Of a DNA stretch of 64,000 nucleotides, positions 34,835 through 47,844 are shown one piece after another. This DNA is from Mobula hypostoma (lineage: Eukaryota). The position numbers and the translations under genes were made by a program. The stretch covers positions 196,728,001 through 196,792,000 of the forward strand of contig NC_086097.1 in the NCBI RefSeq assembly GCF_963921235.1, written 5' to 3'. The first letter of the stretch is position 1; each line of letters opens with the position of its first letter. The notes under the pieces are model-generated. The model searched no databases. It saw only the letters and a list, made by a program, of their open reading frames with translations, and had not been told where the DNA came from.

Positions 34835-36230
34835 TCTCACCCATGTAAGAGCTGCCTTAATGACTATCGACCAGTAACACTCACATCTGCAGTGATGAAA
34901 TGCTTTGAGGGTTTGGTCATGACTAGACTGAACTCCTGCCTCAGCAAGGACCTGGACCCATTGCAATTTGCCTATTGCCACAATAGGTCAAGGGCAGATA
35001 CAATCTCAATGGCTCTTTATATGGCCTTAGACCACCTGGACAATACAAACACCTGTGTCAGGATGCTGTTTATCGACTATAGCTCAGCATTTAATACCAT
35101 CATTCCCACAATCCCGATGAAGAAGTTACAGACCCTGGGCCTCTGTACCTCTCTCTGCAATTGGATCCTCGACTTCCTCACCGGAAGAACACATTCTGTG
35201 CTGATTGGTGATTATATCTCCTCCTCGCTAATTATCAACACTGGTGTAGCTCAGCGGTGTGTGCTTAGTCCACTGCTCTACTCTCTCTCTACCCATGACT
35301 GTGTGGCTAGGCATAGCTCAAATACCATCTATAAATTTCCTGATGATACAGCATTGTTGTATCATCAACAATGATACAAGAGGGTGTACAGGAGTGAGAT
35401 ATGCCAACTAGTAGAGTGGTGTTGCAGCAGCAACCTGGCACTCAATGTCAGTAAGACAAAAGAGCTGATTGTGGATTTCAGGAAGGGTAAGACGAAGGAA
35501 CACACACCAATCCTCATAGAGGGATCAGAAGTGGAGGGAGTGAGCAGTTTCAAGATCCTGGGTGTCAAGATCTCTGAGGACCTAACCTGGTCCCAACATA
35601 TCAATGCAGTTATAAAGACAAGACAGTGACTATACTTCATTAGGAGTTTGAAGAGAATTGGTATGTCAACAAATACACTAAAAAACATCTATAGGTGTAC
35701 TGTGGAGAGCATCTTGACAGGCTGCATCACTGTCTGGTATGGCAGGGGGTGGATGGGGGGAGGCTACTGCACAGGACAGAAAAAGGCTGCAGAGGGTTGT
35801 AAAGTCAGTTCCATCTTGGGCACCAGCCTACAAAGTACCCAGGACATCTTCAAAGAGCAGCGTCTCAGAAAGGCAACGTCCATTATTAAGGACCTCCAGC
35901 ACCCAAGGCATGCCCTTTTCTCACTGTTACCATCAGGTAGGAGGTACAGAAGCCTGAAGTTACACACTCAGCGATATAGGAACAGCTTCTTCCCCTCTGC
36001 AATTGGATTCCTAAATGGACATTGAACCCTTGGACTCTACCTCACTTTTTATATACATATTATTTGTTTTTTGCACAATTTTTAATCTATTCAATATACT
36101 GTATACTGTAATTGATTACTCATTATTATTATTTTTTCTTCTTCTATATTGTGTATTGCATCGAACTGCTGCTGCTAAGTTAACACATTTCATGATACAT
36201 GCCTGTGATAATAAACCTGATTCTGATTCT
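34835..36230 (+). mobile_element. Rex1/Babar LINE RT and 3' end
   Basis: [45 protein letters not shown]; (ttctga)n tail. Confidence 0.9.
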
Positions 36231-36985
36231 GACCTCATATTCCATCTGGGTACCCATCAACGTGTTGACATCAACATCAATTTCTCTAACTTTTGGTCAT
36301 TTTTTTCCCCACTCCCCCTTCTCACCTTTTCAGGTTTCCCTCCCACCCCTTCTCCTCACCTGCCCATCACCACTGTCTGGTGCCGCTCCTCCTTCCTTTT
36401 CTTCCCTGGTCCACTATCGTCTTCTTCTTCAACCTTCCTATTGCACGAATTACCTCACAGCTTCTTACTTCTTTTAAAGTGAAAGTCAATGTAAAATTTA
36501 TCACCAACCTATGTATATGTTACAATACTCTACCCTGAGATTCATTCTCTTGCAGGCAGTTACAGGAAAATAAAGAAATACAATATGATTACATAAATAT
36601 ATACATAAACAAATACTGACAAAGAACCAATGTGCAAAAGATAAAAGTGAGTCTGTAGGCTTTGGAAATCAGTTTTAGTGTTGTGGTGTGTGAAGTTATC
36701 CATGCTGGTTCAGAGCCAGATGATTGTCGATGTTACTGAACCTTGTGGCATGGGACCACAGGCTCCAGAATCCCCTGCCTAATTGTTGTAGTGAGACAAA
36801 AGCATAGCCTAGGTGATGGAGGTCCTTCCCAACCCACACTCTTTCCCCCTCACCTGGTTTCATCTATCACCTACCATCTTGTACTCCTTCCCTCCCCCCC
36901 CCCAACCATTTTCTTATTCTGGCTTCTTCTCTCTTCCAGTCTTCCAGTCCTGATGAAGGGACTTGACCTGAAATGTTGACCGCAG
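36231..36985 (+). mobile_element. Penelope-like 3' fragment(s), interrupted by a minus-strand Rex1 tail (~36475-36825)
   Basis: LIFHLGTHQRVDININFSNF; hammerhead motif cagtc-CTGATGA-agggacttgacct-GAAA-tgtt-gac at 36945-36980. Confidence 0.7.
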
Positions 36986-38393
36986 TCCCTTCCCAGACAT
37001 GAGGCCCAAAACTGCCCACAACACTAATGCCCAACAAGAGTCCCAGCAACACATCCCCATTCCTACACTCCAGACATCTCGAATGCCAACACCACACCCA
37101 ATATCCCCACTCAGCCTGTATGCCATCCCCTAGGGAACCCTGGAGTTGGAAACCCAAGTCCATTGCACATCTAACCTCTGAACCTAGGAAATAGTCTACG
37201 CCTTGATTCTGTCTGCCAAGCACATGACCTACACTGCATTCCATCTGCTAACCTCCACCCCCCCATCCAAATGCCCCTACAGACCCCTCCTTTGCAACAC
37301 CACCCAGATTTGACTACAACGTCATCAATTCTAGCACCTAGATCATCAACGGTTCCTTAAGGTTGTCATAGTTGGGGGAGGCTCCCAATGGTGTTCATCT
37401 CGAATAGCCTTTGAAAACCAGATCCAGCTCCTGGCCTTCACGTGTGACTTAACTACTAAACCCGGCAGAACCATTTCTACTGACAGGAGAAAGAGCAAAG
37501 GCAGGTTACTGGTGCCTTAAAACCAGTTACTTTGGCCAGATGAAGCTTATCAGTCATGGTTGGCAGCTCATCTGGGAGAAGGAAAACTCTGATCTTAAAT
37601 CGACGCTGCCTTGCGACTATACCCATTCATGGGGAAGGCTTCAATAGTAAACCCTGAGGGAAATATCTGGAGTTGGAGTCCCTAAGGCAGTCCAATGCTG
37701 ACTGGCATCTTCTGCAATGCTGCTTTTGCCAAACTGTATCAGTCTCTACCTTTCCTTTGGAGTCATTAGCTGTGTGGAAAGGATGAATCTGCTGCATGGG
37801 CAATGGCTTGCTTTCCATATTGTACTGCCCTGACTTGCGTGTCATGTTGAGAACTAGGACACCATATGCATGGGCAACCCCAACCGATGGAGGGCCTTAT
37901 AGAGAGATCACCAACATATAACATGAAAAGTAGTAGACTTGACACTGACCCCTGTGGAACACTACCAATCACTGGCAGCCAATCAGGAAAGGCTCCCTCA
38001 TTCCCACTCCTTGCGCCTGCCAGCCATTCATTCTTCCGTCCACACCAGCATCCTTCCTGTAACACAATGGGCTCCCAGCCAATCCAGCTGCTCCACATGA
38101 GACACACCACCAAAGAACTTCTGAAAATCTAAGCAAACAACATCAATCAACTCTCCCTGGTCCACTCTGCCTGCTGTTTCCCCAAAGAATTACAACAGAT
38201 CCACCAGACAAGAACAACCAAGGGATCCATGTCAACCCTGATCCACTTTACCATGTGCCTCTAAGCACCCCAAAACCCCAACAATAGCCTCTAACATCCT
38301 GCTAACCAATGAAGCCAGGCCAACCGGCCTTCAATCTCCCTTATTTTGCCTCCCTCCCTTCCCAAAGAACGGAGTGACACCTGCACTTCCCAA
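36986..38393 (-). mobile_element. CR1 RT fragment with dense A-to-G hypermutation (split by insertion 37351-37904)
   Basis: Aligns by eye to CR1 copies at ~27400-27900 and ~63190-63960, with a strong excess of sense-strand A>G. Confidence 0.8.
37351..37904 (+). mobile_element. Non-autonomous retroposon, probably RTE-related, with 11-bp TSD
   Basis: TSD agatcatcaac 37340-37350 / agatcaccaac 37905-37915. Its 3' part resembles the tail of the SINE at 43770-44076. Confidence 0.6.
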
Positions 38394-38399
38394 ATGATT

Positions 38400-39058
38400 A
38401 AACGAAAGATCAGAGGAATGGTAGCCACAGCAGTCAATCGACAGGTGATAGGGTTCAGGAGAAGACAGATGATATGACAAAACATGCTGAAAGGAAGGAC
38501 AGCAAGGACAGGCGAATAAACATCATGGAACTGATGGACTAAAATGTGTTTATTTCAGTGGTAAGACTATTATGGGTAAGGAGCTTGAACTTAGAGCCTG
38601 GATCCATACAGGGAATTACAATGACCTAGTTGCATGAGGGTCCAGGACTGGCAGCTCAATGTTCCTGGGTTTCGTTGTTTTAGATGTCTTTGAAAGGGGT
38701 ATAAAGGAGGTGGAGGGGATACACTACTGATAAGGGAGACTATCACAGCAGCCTTCAGAGAAGACACATTAGAGGGCTCATCTGCAGAGGGTGGAGCTCT
38801 AAAATCAGAAAAGTACAACTTCACTGTTGGGATTATATCATAACTCCCAATCGTCTCCAAAATGTAAAAAAACAAATATGCACACAGATTATGGAAAGGT
38901 GCAAGAACAACGAGGTTGTTATGGTGGCTATGATAGGGAATGTACTTTAACTTCCCCAATATTGATTGGAGCTTTCATAATGCAAGAGGCTTAGATGGGG
39001 CAGGATTTCTTAAGTGCACTTAAGAAGGGCTCTTAAAACAGTATGTGGAGAGTCCACA
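38400..39058 (+). mobile_element. Old CR1 APE-region fragment
   Basis: QDWQLNVPGFRCFRC and FNFPNIDW remnants. Confidence 0.75.
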
Positions 39059-39735
39059 TATAGGGAGTGGAAATGGAGGGGGTCTTTTCTGTTTGGCTTC
39101 CAGAAAACATTGCTAACAGTGTTTGGGTTATTGTTAGAGATCAGGGATGCCTAGGAATGTGGGCCATCCAATCAGGAAAGAAGGCTGGGGACTGTTTTGT
39201 TTTTGTGCTTGACACCAGTGGGAGTCTTGGGAGATAGAGAGAGAAGACGCTGGAGAGAATCGGTCATAGGATTCGATCTGGGGGGGGGGGCGCGGGAGGG
39301 GACTATGATCCATGGAGCCAAGGTGCGGAAGTCTTCTGGGGATCGGTGAATATGGCTTTTGGAAGATTTGAGGTCCAACCTGTGCATATTTAACTGTTTG
39401 ATTATAATGGGCCCTTTTTGTTTGTTTCTTTCTTTTCTCTAATAACTCTTAAGTTAAGTTAATATTCATAAATATACTCTTTTAATTGTATACAGTGTGT
39501 GATCTGTTATTTCTGGTGACGAGCTGTAACAGGGGAGCAAATCACACAGCATTCACACAAACTCGGGCTTGGATGGGTGAGACATCCCAATCTCACGTAT
39601 TTGGTGGGACCGGAGTGTGTATACCCTAGATGTATGAGGCCGGAGAAAGGTCGGGTTCTCGGTGCTGACTTGGGAGACTGCCAGTGAGGGCTAATGAGCC
39701 CTTTCTTGAGACGTCCTGGAAGAAAGGGGGTTTCA
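39059..39735. mobile_element. Putative solo LTR
   Basis: ~680-bp non-coding block between LINE fragments, with a CCAAT, a central AT-rich poly(A)-signal-like zone and an LTR-like end gggggtttca. 5' TG and TSD not established. Confidence 0.35.
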
Positions 39736-39744
39736 TCAGCAAAA

Positions 39745-41340
39745 TTAAAAAAGCTGAATTGGGGGAAGGAATTGGGGGTCCATGGTCTAGTCCTCATTAG
39801 GGGACTAGATCATGGAGGTGGCGAGAGTCAGTAACTTTAAATTCCTTGGCATTATCATATGTCCTGGGATCAGCAAGTAAGTGCTATTTCAAAGAAGGCA
39901 TGGCAGCTCCTTTAGTTTCTTAGATGTTTGCACAGATTTGGCATGCCATCTAAAACTTTCTATAGGTGCATGGCGGAGAGTATCCTGACTGAATGTGTCA
40001 GGGTCTGGTATGGAAATACCAATGTCCAACAACAGAAAAGCCTACAAACTGTGGGGATACAGCCCAGTCCATCAGAGGAAAAGCCCTCCCAACCATTTTG
40101 CACATCTACAAAGAGCACTGCCACAGGAAAGGACTCATCGTCAAGGACCCCCACTATCCAGGCCATGCTCCCTTCTTACTGCTTCTGTCAGGGAGGAGGT
40201 ACAGGAGCCCACACCTCCAGATTCAGAAACAGTTTTTTATTTTTCAACCGTCAGGCTCCTGAACCAACGTGGAAAACTTCATTCCCCTCACCACTGAGTA
40301 AGAACTTACTTTCAAGGACTCTACAACTCATGTTCTCATTGTTAATTATTTATTTTGTTTTGTATTCTCACAGTTTGTCTTTTGCACATTGGTTCCTTGT
40401 TGGTCTTTGTAGTTCATCAAAGTATATTTATTATCAAAGTCTGTATACAAAATACAACTCTGATATTCGTCCTCCCAAAGGCAGCCATGAAACAAACAAA
40501 TAAACAGTATGGAACCCGTTTAAGGAAACATCGAACACGCAACACATGAGAAAAGAACAAACTGCACGCACAGCAAAAAGTGAACGAACAACACATAGAA
40601 TATGAAGCATTAAACCAGAAGTCCAGTAGTATTCAGTTTAATTCAGCCCTGTGCCGCTAGCCCACTACAGGCTGCACACAGAGGAGCCATTCTTCCCTGA
40701 AGCACCCGAGTCTATATTAATCATCTCAATCAACTGCTCAAGAACAGCAAAAAAAGAGTAACTAGAATATAGAAAAACATGCACCATGATCCTCAAAGTC
40801 TCTGAAAATGAATCCACAGCCTCACTGGTCATCCTTGCAGCATGGAACCCAAGACTCATGCACTTTCCTCCGAAAGCAGCTAGCGAGAGGGAGAGGAAGA
40901 CCAATCAAATGCAGGCAGATGGCACTGAACACCCACTTGTCCTCCATTCTCATCCTCATCAACTTTGCTCTTGCTCAACACCTCAATTGGAGAGAAGCAA
41001 TGGAGCCGATCATGAGCTTTCCTGGTCTCCAGGCACTCCACTCCAAACGTCACCAAACTCCCTCAGAGACAGCAAAGTGCTAGACTGCTCAATCAGCCCA
41101 AAAACACACCATCAAAATGTAATGCACAGGTTCAAATCTAACACAGCTCAGTAGTAGGATCATATGTGAAAGAAAAAGAAGTACAAAAAGTAGTTTGGTG
41201 AAATGCCTGCAGGAACATCACCGTTGGTCTTGTTGTTTGCTGGTGCTATCTTCCCACATTAAGATGATTCTTTTGTATTTCTTTATTCTACTGTGAACGC
41301 TTGCATGAAAATGAATCATAGGTGACATACCGTGATATAC
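39745..41340 (+). mobile_element. Rex1/Babar 3' fragment with a nested minus-strand non-autonomous element (~40415-41255)
   Basis: FYRCMAESILTECVRVWYGN; KDPHYPGHAPFLLLLSGRRYRS; the tail resumes at ~41260. Confidence 0.7.
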
Positions 41341-41349
41341 ACGCAGTGT

Positions 41350-41550
41350 TTGTTCATGGTCTTCTGCTGCTGTAGCCCATCCACTTCAAGGTGTGATGTG
41401 CTGTGTATTGAAAGATGTTTTTCTGCACACCGCTGTTGTAATGCATGAATTACTGTTGCCTTCCTGTCAGCTTGTACCAGTCTGGTCATCCTCCTCTGAC
41501 CTTTCTTATTAAGAAGGCATTTTCAACCACAGAATTGCCACTCACTCAAT
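41350..41550 (-). mobile_element. Fragment of the same Tc1-derived family as 25910-26379
   Basis: Reverse complement resembles 26170-26345 (aattctgtgg...aaaatgcctt...cagcagaagacca). Confidence 0.65.
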
Positions 41551-43647
41551 GAGTTCTACACTAGACATTATCCGATTATCAATTTAGTAAATGTCCTTTC
41601 GGCCTCCCAGCACAAGGTGGCAATATTGTTCCTCCATAGTCTATTTCTCTTGGTCTGAATGACCAAGAGTTTAAGAACACAGGAAACATGCCATGATTTG
41701 TATTTTCTCTTTATAGTTGCCCTCATTTTACAGATTTTAACTCTTTTAGTTCAAGTTATCTATTTCTAACTGCTCTCATTAATCCATCTCCTTCCTGCAC
41801 CAGCTCTTTGGCCACACATTCAACTATCTTCCTATTTCTTGCCTTACTTGCCTATAACAGCAGGGAGTAATGCTGAGATTGGAGTCTCTGCCTTTTAATT
41901 TTCTTTCCAACCACCTAAACCCTCTCATGTCTCTTTTGACTTGCATACTAATTTGATCATGACCTCTGGTTATCACCCTCCCCTTTTAGTCAGAAGTCCT
42001 TGACCCTGAAACAATTGAGGCAAAACACCATCCTGAAGTCTCTGTGACTATGGAGATCCCCATCATTACTGCTTGCCTAGAACTGCATAAGAGCCAGTTA
42101 TGCTGCTGATGTTTTCACCTGGGAGACTATCCCCTGCAACAGTATTCAAAATGAGGAGACTTCTGCATGACCTGCCTGGGCACTTTGCCTGAACCTTTCA
42201 TGTGACCACATCCATGAAGTTCCTATTTCCAAATCTTTCTGTACGTTCCTCAATGAGCCCAACTGCTGCTCACCTGGTCTAAGAGTAGCTGCAGTTAGTC
42301 ACCCTTCCTGCATACATGGTTGTCAGGGACACTTGAATGATCCCTCATATTGAATGAAAATTACTACCCCAAAGAAGATATCTTAAAAGGATACAATCTC
42401 ATGCAAGCAATACATGACGGAGAAAATGTTCACAACTTCGAACACCTGGAGGTAGAGCAGAAGGGAGTAACAGCAAAAGTTACTAAACTGCAAACTTAAT
42501 AAACTCCATTGTGGAGAGGAAAAAAATCTAATGGATGGTGAAAAATATTGGTAGGCCCAGAAAGATCTGAATCAGAAAGTTCATTGGCCAAATTATTTCA
42601 GCACTGGCAGTGAGCAATGTTTTCACCAAACTACGCAGAACTGTGGGGACCAGGAAGCTTGATGAATAATTTTCACTGTTGACAATATTTAACGCACAAT
42701 TTAAAGGATATAGTTCCAATGATAAAGTAAGACGCAATGTCTTTCAGTGGAGAAAAGATAACACCATGCAAAGATGTAGTAATCATAGTAAATTGTATTC
42801 AGACCTTTGGGGTGCATGACAGAGAATACAGCTATCATTTCTGACAGATCTGACTGTTTATTTTCAGATTGGACTCTTTAATTGTTATTTCCTTTACAGT
42901 TTAACAATTGGCTGCTTGTATTTTATCTAATTACTTACAGTATATACAAATAACTGCTCACTGTGCTTCCTAATGGTCACAGTGTGTATATGCAATTCTT
43001 CGGTGTGTCTCCGAGTGGTCACATTTGTATGATTCTGGAAGCTTTTCCTGGTGCTGCATAATTTGAATAGAGGGTATCATAGTGGTTGATTCTTATCTAC
43101 AAATTTAATATGGGATTTTTCTTTATCTATGGTTATAAAAGAGCTGACCACGAGGCCAGAGGTCTTGGTCTCTTTGTTTTTCAGCCTTCTCCTACTAGCT
43201 CCTGTCACTATCCATTTCAATTTTTCTTTGTATTATTAATGCTTAGTAAAAAGATCATGAAGCACCAAGTTTTGTGTCTCTTTCATGACTTCAGAAAGAA
43301 CCTTGGACCGAAACACCAGAATCCAACGTCTCCATGAGGCAATGGAAGAATGGCAAAGAATGGAGTTAAACAGAATTCTGATGAATGCATCATAAGAGAA
43401 TGTGCCACTTCTTTGGAATGATATACCTGTTCAATGATACCCATATCAATTACCATTGATATTCATAATTTTCTTTAAATAATTGTTTCAGTTTTGTTAT
43501 ATATTTTGACAAATGACGAATGAAACAATTTCTGCATTAGATTAATCCCAGAAACTTTCTTAGTTTTTTCTCATTCTTTATTACTCCTGTCTTAGTGATA
43601 GTTGTGACTTTTATGAACTTGCCTTCACTGTCTAGAGTATGTGCCAA

Positions 43648-44720
43648 AGTTTAAAGTTCAAAGTAAAATTTATTATCACAGTATATACATGTCACCACAT
43701 ACAACACTGAGATCCTTTTCCTGCGGGCATACTTAGAAAATCTACAGAACAGTAGCCGTAAACAGGATCTTAAAGGTATCCGTCAGTCTTACGAGATTGC
43801 GCCTGGAAAGTCTTCACTCTCCAGGGCGCAGGCCTGGGCAAGGTTGTACGGAAGACCAGCAGTTGCCCATGCTGCAAGTCTCCCCTCTCCACGACACCAA
43901 TGTTGTCCAAGGGAAGGGCATTAGGACCCATACAGCTTGGCACCAGTGTCGTCGCAGAGCAATGTGTGATTAAGTGCCTTGCTCAAGGGCACAACACACG
44001 TTGCCTCGGCTGGGGCTCGAACTCACGACCTTCAGGTCACTAGTCCAATGCCTTAACCACTTGGCCACATGCCCACAAACAGGATCAATGGAGAACAAAC
44101 TGTGCAAGTGCAGATATAAATAAATAGCAATAAATAATAAGATAAATGAATCCTTAAAGTGAGACCATCGTTGTGGGAAAACCAGAGTAGAATGAGTGTA
44201 GTTATCCCCTTTTGTTGAATCTGAAGGTGCGAGTCCGGAGGCATTTGTACCTTATACCTGATGGCAGCAACAAGAAAAGAGCATGAAAAGAGGGTGGTGA
44301 AGATCTTTGATGATGCTTTTCTATGGCAATGTTTCATGTAGATGTGCTCAATGGCTGCAAGGGTTTTACCCATGATGTACTGGGCTGAATCCACTACCTT
44401 TTGTAGGTTTTTCCAGTCAAAGGCATTGGTGTTCCTGTACTAGGCCGTAACGCAGCCACTCAGCACACTTTCCACCACACATCTGTAGAAGTCTGCCAAG
44501 GTTTTGATGACATGCCGAAGCTCCGCAGACTCCAGAGGAAGTAGAGGCGCTGTCGTGCTTTCTTTGCAATTATGTTTATATGATGAGTCCAGGACAGGTC
44601 CTCTGAGATAGTAACATACAAGAATTTAAAGTTTCTGACTCTTGCCACCTCTGATCGTCTAACAATTACTGGCTCATGGACCTTTGGTTTCTCTCTCCTG
44701 TAGTCTACAATCAGATCCTT
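43648..44720 (-). mobile_element. Rex1/Babar 3' fragment
   Basis: DLIVDYRR, FKFLYVTISEDLSW, KKARQRLYFL; tail aaagtttaaagttcaaagtaaaatttattatc on the + strand. Confidence 0.8.
43770..44076 (-). mobile_element. tRNA-derived SINE (A box, B box, CORE-like segment, RTE-like tail) with 10-bp TSD
   Basis: Minus strand: tggccaagtgg (A box), gagttcgagccc (B box), tgtgcccttgagcaaggcacttaa. TSD aaacaggatc at 43760-43769 and 44077-44086. Confidence 0.88.
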
Positions 44721-45899
44721 TGACCAAACCAAAGAAGAGCACTTTTTCATATGATAAGTTCATCTGATAAATTTAAAACTAATAAAGCTGTAAAAACAAA
44801 GAGACTGAAAAAGGAAATTTCAGATACTGCAATTTCAAGTAGTTCAAGATATTTATACAAAGAAAATCTCTACATTCACCCTGTTAAAATCATCAGGATC
44901 TCTGATGTTTCAATCAAGTTCCCTCTCACTCTTGTAAAGTCCAATAGTTACAAGCCCAGCCTGTCCAAAGATGCTCCTCAAAGGCAACCATCCCATTCGA
45001 AAGACCAAATAAAGGAATTTTCTTTAAACATTGAACACATTTTTGTCTTTCTTTAAATATGGAGACCAATGCTGTAGAGGGTACTGTAGATGTGATCTCA
45101 CCAATCCTCCATATAATGGAGGAATACATAGCAATTTTTGTATTTAATTCTCCTTGCTAGAAACAATAATATATTGTTACCTTTTCCCAATTAGCTGCTG
45201 CACCTATGTAATGGTCTTTTTCAATTTGTGCACTAGGTCATCTAATTCACTATACATCGCAAAGCTCTACAGTCTTTTATCATTTAGATCACATACTTTT
45301 TTTGTTTTACAGTCAAAAGAGGCAATTTCACGTTAGCTAACTATATACCCACTCACTTAAACTGTCCACATTTTATGTAGCCTCCTCATATTCTCTTCAC
45401 TATAGGCCAGTAATAAATTCAGTTCTGTTTCGTTCCGTCACTTAGTCCAAATTATTTAAATTGTAAATTGCTGAGGCAGCAATACCAATCCTATTGGTAC
45501 ATTTCTTGTTACATTTTAGAAAAAATCCTTTTACACCTATTCTCTGTTTTGTTAGCAAGCAAATCTTCTAAATTCTTTCAGCAAATCTATAATTATGTGT
45601 TACCACCTACACCATGAATTTTTTAAAAATTTTCCACAAATAACCTTTGCAGCATCTTATCAAGAGTCTTCTGGAAATCTAGTATATTACATGTACCAGT
45701 TTTCCGTTAACCACAGTACACATTACTTCATAGAAATCCAATAAAGTAGTCAAACATAATTTTCCTGTCACTAAATCTTACTGCCTTTGCATGAATACCT
45801 TGAATCTTTCTAGGGACGTATTTTAATCTTTAATGATACCTTCTAACATTTTCCTTGCGAAGGATGTTAACCAAATCAAATTTTAATTTCCTGCTTTCT

Positions 45900-46200
45900 T
45901 AATGTTCTGTCTGTCGAGGTACTATATCCGATGCGGACATTGGTGACCATGGTTTTCCATATCGATCTATCCCTCTTTCTTTGGATGACTTCCATTTCCT
46001 TGATGTGTAGTCACCTGGCTAGGCTTTTGATGTACATAAGCCGAGGTCTTCCTCTAGGTTTGCTGCCCTCAATCTTTCCAGAGAGTATGAGTTTTTCTAG
46101 TTCATCTTTCTGCATGATGTGTCCGAGGAATCTGAGTTGTCTTTCTCTTATTGTTGCTATGAGTGATCTAACTGCTTGGGCTCTTCTGAGATTCTTAAGG
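45900..46200 (-). mobile_element. RTE-clade LINE 3' end
   Basis: IRERQLRFLGHIMQKDELEKLILSGKIEGSKPRGRPR, the typical RTE C-terminus. Confidence 0.85.
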
Positions 46201-46249
46201 TTATTTTCAAGAAATGAGCACAGGTAGTCCACAAATGACTGTATTGACT

Positions 46250-47392
46250 TTATCACTTATCTCTTTCATATACATGAGGAGTAAAAATCTTTAAATTACT
46301 TATCCGTCTAAACATGTAGCGTGCAATTTATAGTAATTTATAATAAATAGTATGTACAACAGGACAGTCAATATAACATAGAAATACAGTTGTGCCAGCA
46401 TGAATTAAGCAGTCTGATGGCCTGGTGGAAGCTCTCCCGGAATCTGTTGGTCCTGGCTTTTAAGCTGCAGTACCATTTTCCTGATGGTAGCAGCTGGAAC
46501 AGTTTGTAGTTGGGGCGACTCGAGTCCCCAATGATCCATCGGGCCCTTCTTACACACCTGTTTTTGTAAATGTCCTGAATAGTGGGAAGTTCACATCTAC
46601 AGGTGCGCTGGGCTGTCCACACCACTCTCTGCAGAGTCCTGCAATTGAGGGAAGCACAGTTCTCATATCAGGCAGTGATGCAGCCAGTCAGGATGCTCTC
46701 AGTTGTGCCCCTATAGAAAGTTCTTGGGATTTGGGGGCCCATACCAAACTTCTTCAACTGTCTGAGATGAAAGAGGCACTGTTATGCCTTTTTCACCACA
46801 CAGCCAGTATGTCCAGACCATGTGAGATCCTCGGTGATGTTTATGCCAAGGAACTGAAAGCTGTTCACTCTCTCAACCCCAGATCCATTGACGTCAATAT
46901 GGACTAGCCCTTCTCCATTCCTCCTGTAGTCGACAACCAGCTTCTTTGTTTATGTGACATTGAGGAAGAGGTTGTTTTCTTGACACCACTGTGTCAGGGT
47001 GATAACTTCTCTGTAGGCTGCCTCATTATTATCTGAGATTTGGCCAATCAGTGTAGTGTCATCAGCAAAATTAATTAGCAGATTGGAGCCATGGGTGGTA
47101 ACACAGTCATGGGTATACAGAGAGTAAAGGAGGGGGCTTAGTACACAGCCCTGAGAGACACCTGTGTTGAGGGTCAGAGGTGAGGGAGCCCATTTTTATC
47201 ACCTGCCGGTGATCTGACAGGAAGTCCAGGATCTAGCTACACAAGGCAGGGAGAAAGTCGAGGTCTCTGAGCTTCTTGTCAAGCCTGGAGGGAATTATGG
47301 TGTTGAATACTGAACTGTAGTCCAAGAACAGCATTCTCACATAAGCATTCTTCTTCTCCAGATGTATAAAGATGGTGTGTAGAGCACAGTTT
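46250..47392 (-). mobile_element. Rex1/Babar RT and 3' fragment
   Basis: LFQLLPSGKWYCSLKARTNRFRESF; minus-strand FADDT and LFLDYSSVFNTI remnants. Confidence 0.8.
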
Positions 47393-47844
47393 GCTTTTAG
47401 TTTGTCCAAAGAAGAGGAGTGAGCATGTCATGTTAAGAAGACAAGTGGCATGCTTGCCTTCATAGGTCAGAGCACAAAATATAAAAGTTGTGACATTATA
47501 TTGCAACTACACAAAAACTAATTATACTGTATTTGTCTTTTCCCGCGATTACAGACATTTACACGACACGCTGCACCCGTAAAGCCAACAGCATTGTGAA
47601 GGGCCTCATGCACCCCTCATACAAACTCTTCTCCCTCCTGCCATCTGGCAAAAGGTACCGAAGCATTTGGGCTCTCACGACCAGAGTCTGCAACAGTTTC
47701 TTCCCCCAAGACATCAGACTCCTTAATACCCAGAGACTACACTGACATCTACATCATTTACTATTATATTGTAATTTGTCCTCTACTGTGCCTATTGTCT
47801 TAATTATTATTTACTGAACTGCCCTGCACTGTTTTGTGCACTTT

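Noticed and set aside
42350..42810. A-rich stretch with a short open frame (NENYYPKEDILKGYNL...)
   Set aside because: No recognisable host protein; possibly an ancient L1 ORF1 remnant but too decayed to call.
42800..43000. Cluster of TGACAG, TGTTTAT and ACAAT motifs as a candidate enhancer
   Set aside because: Short motifs are expected by chance, and conservation cannot be assessed here.
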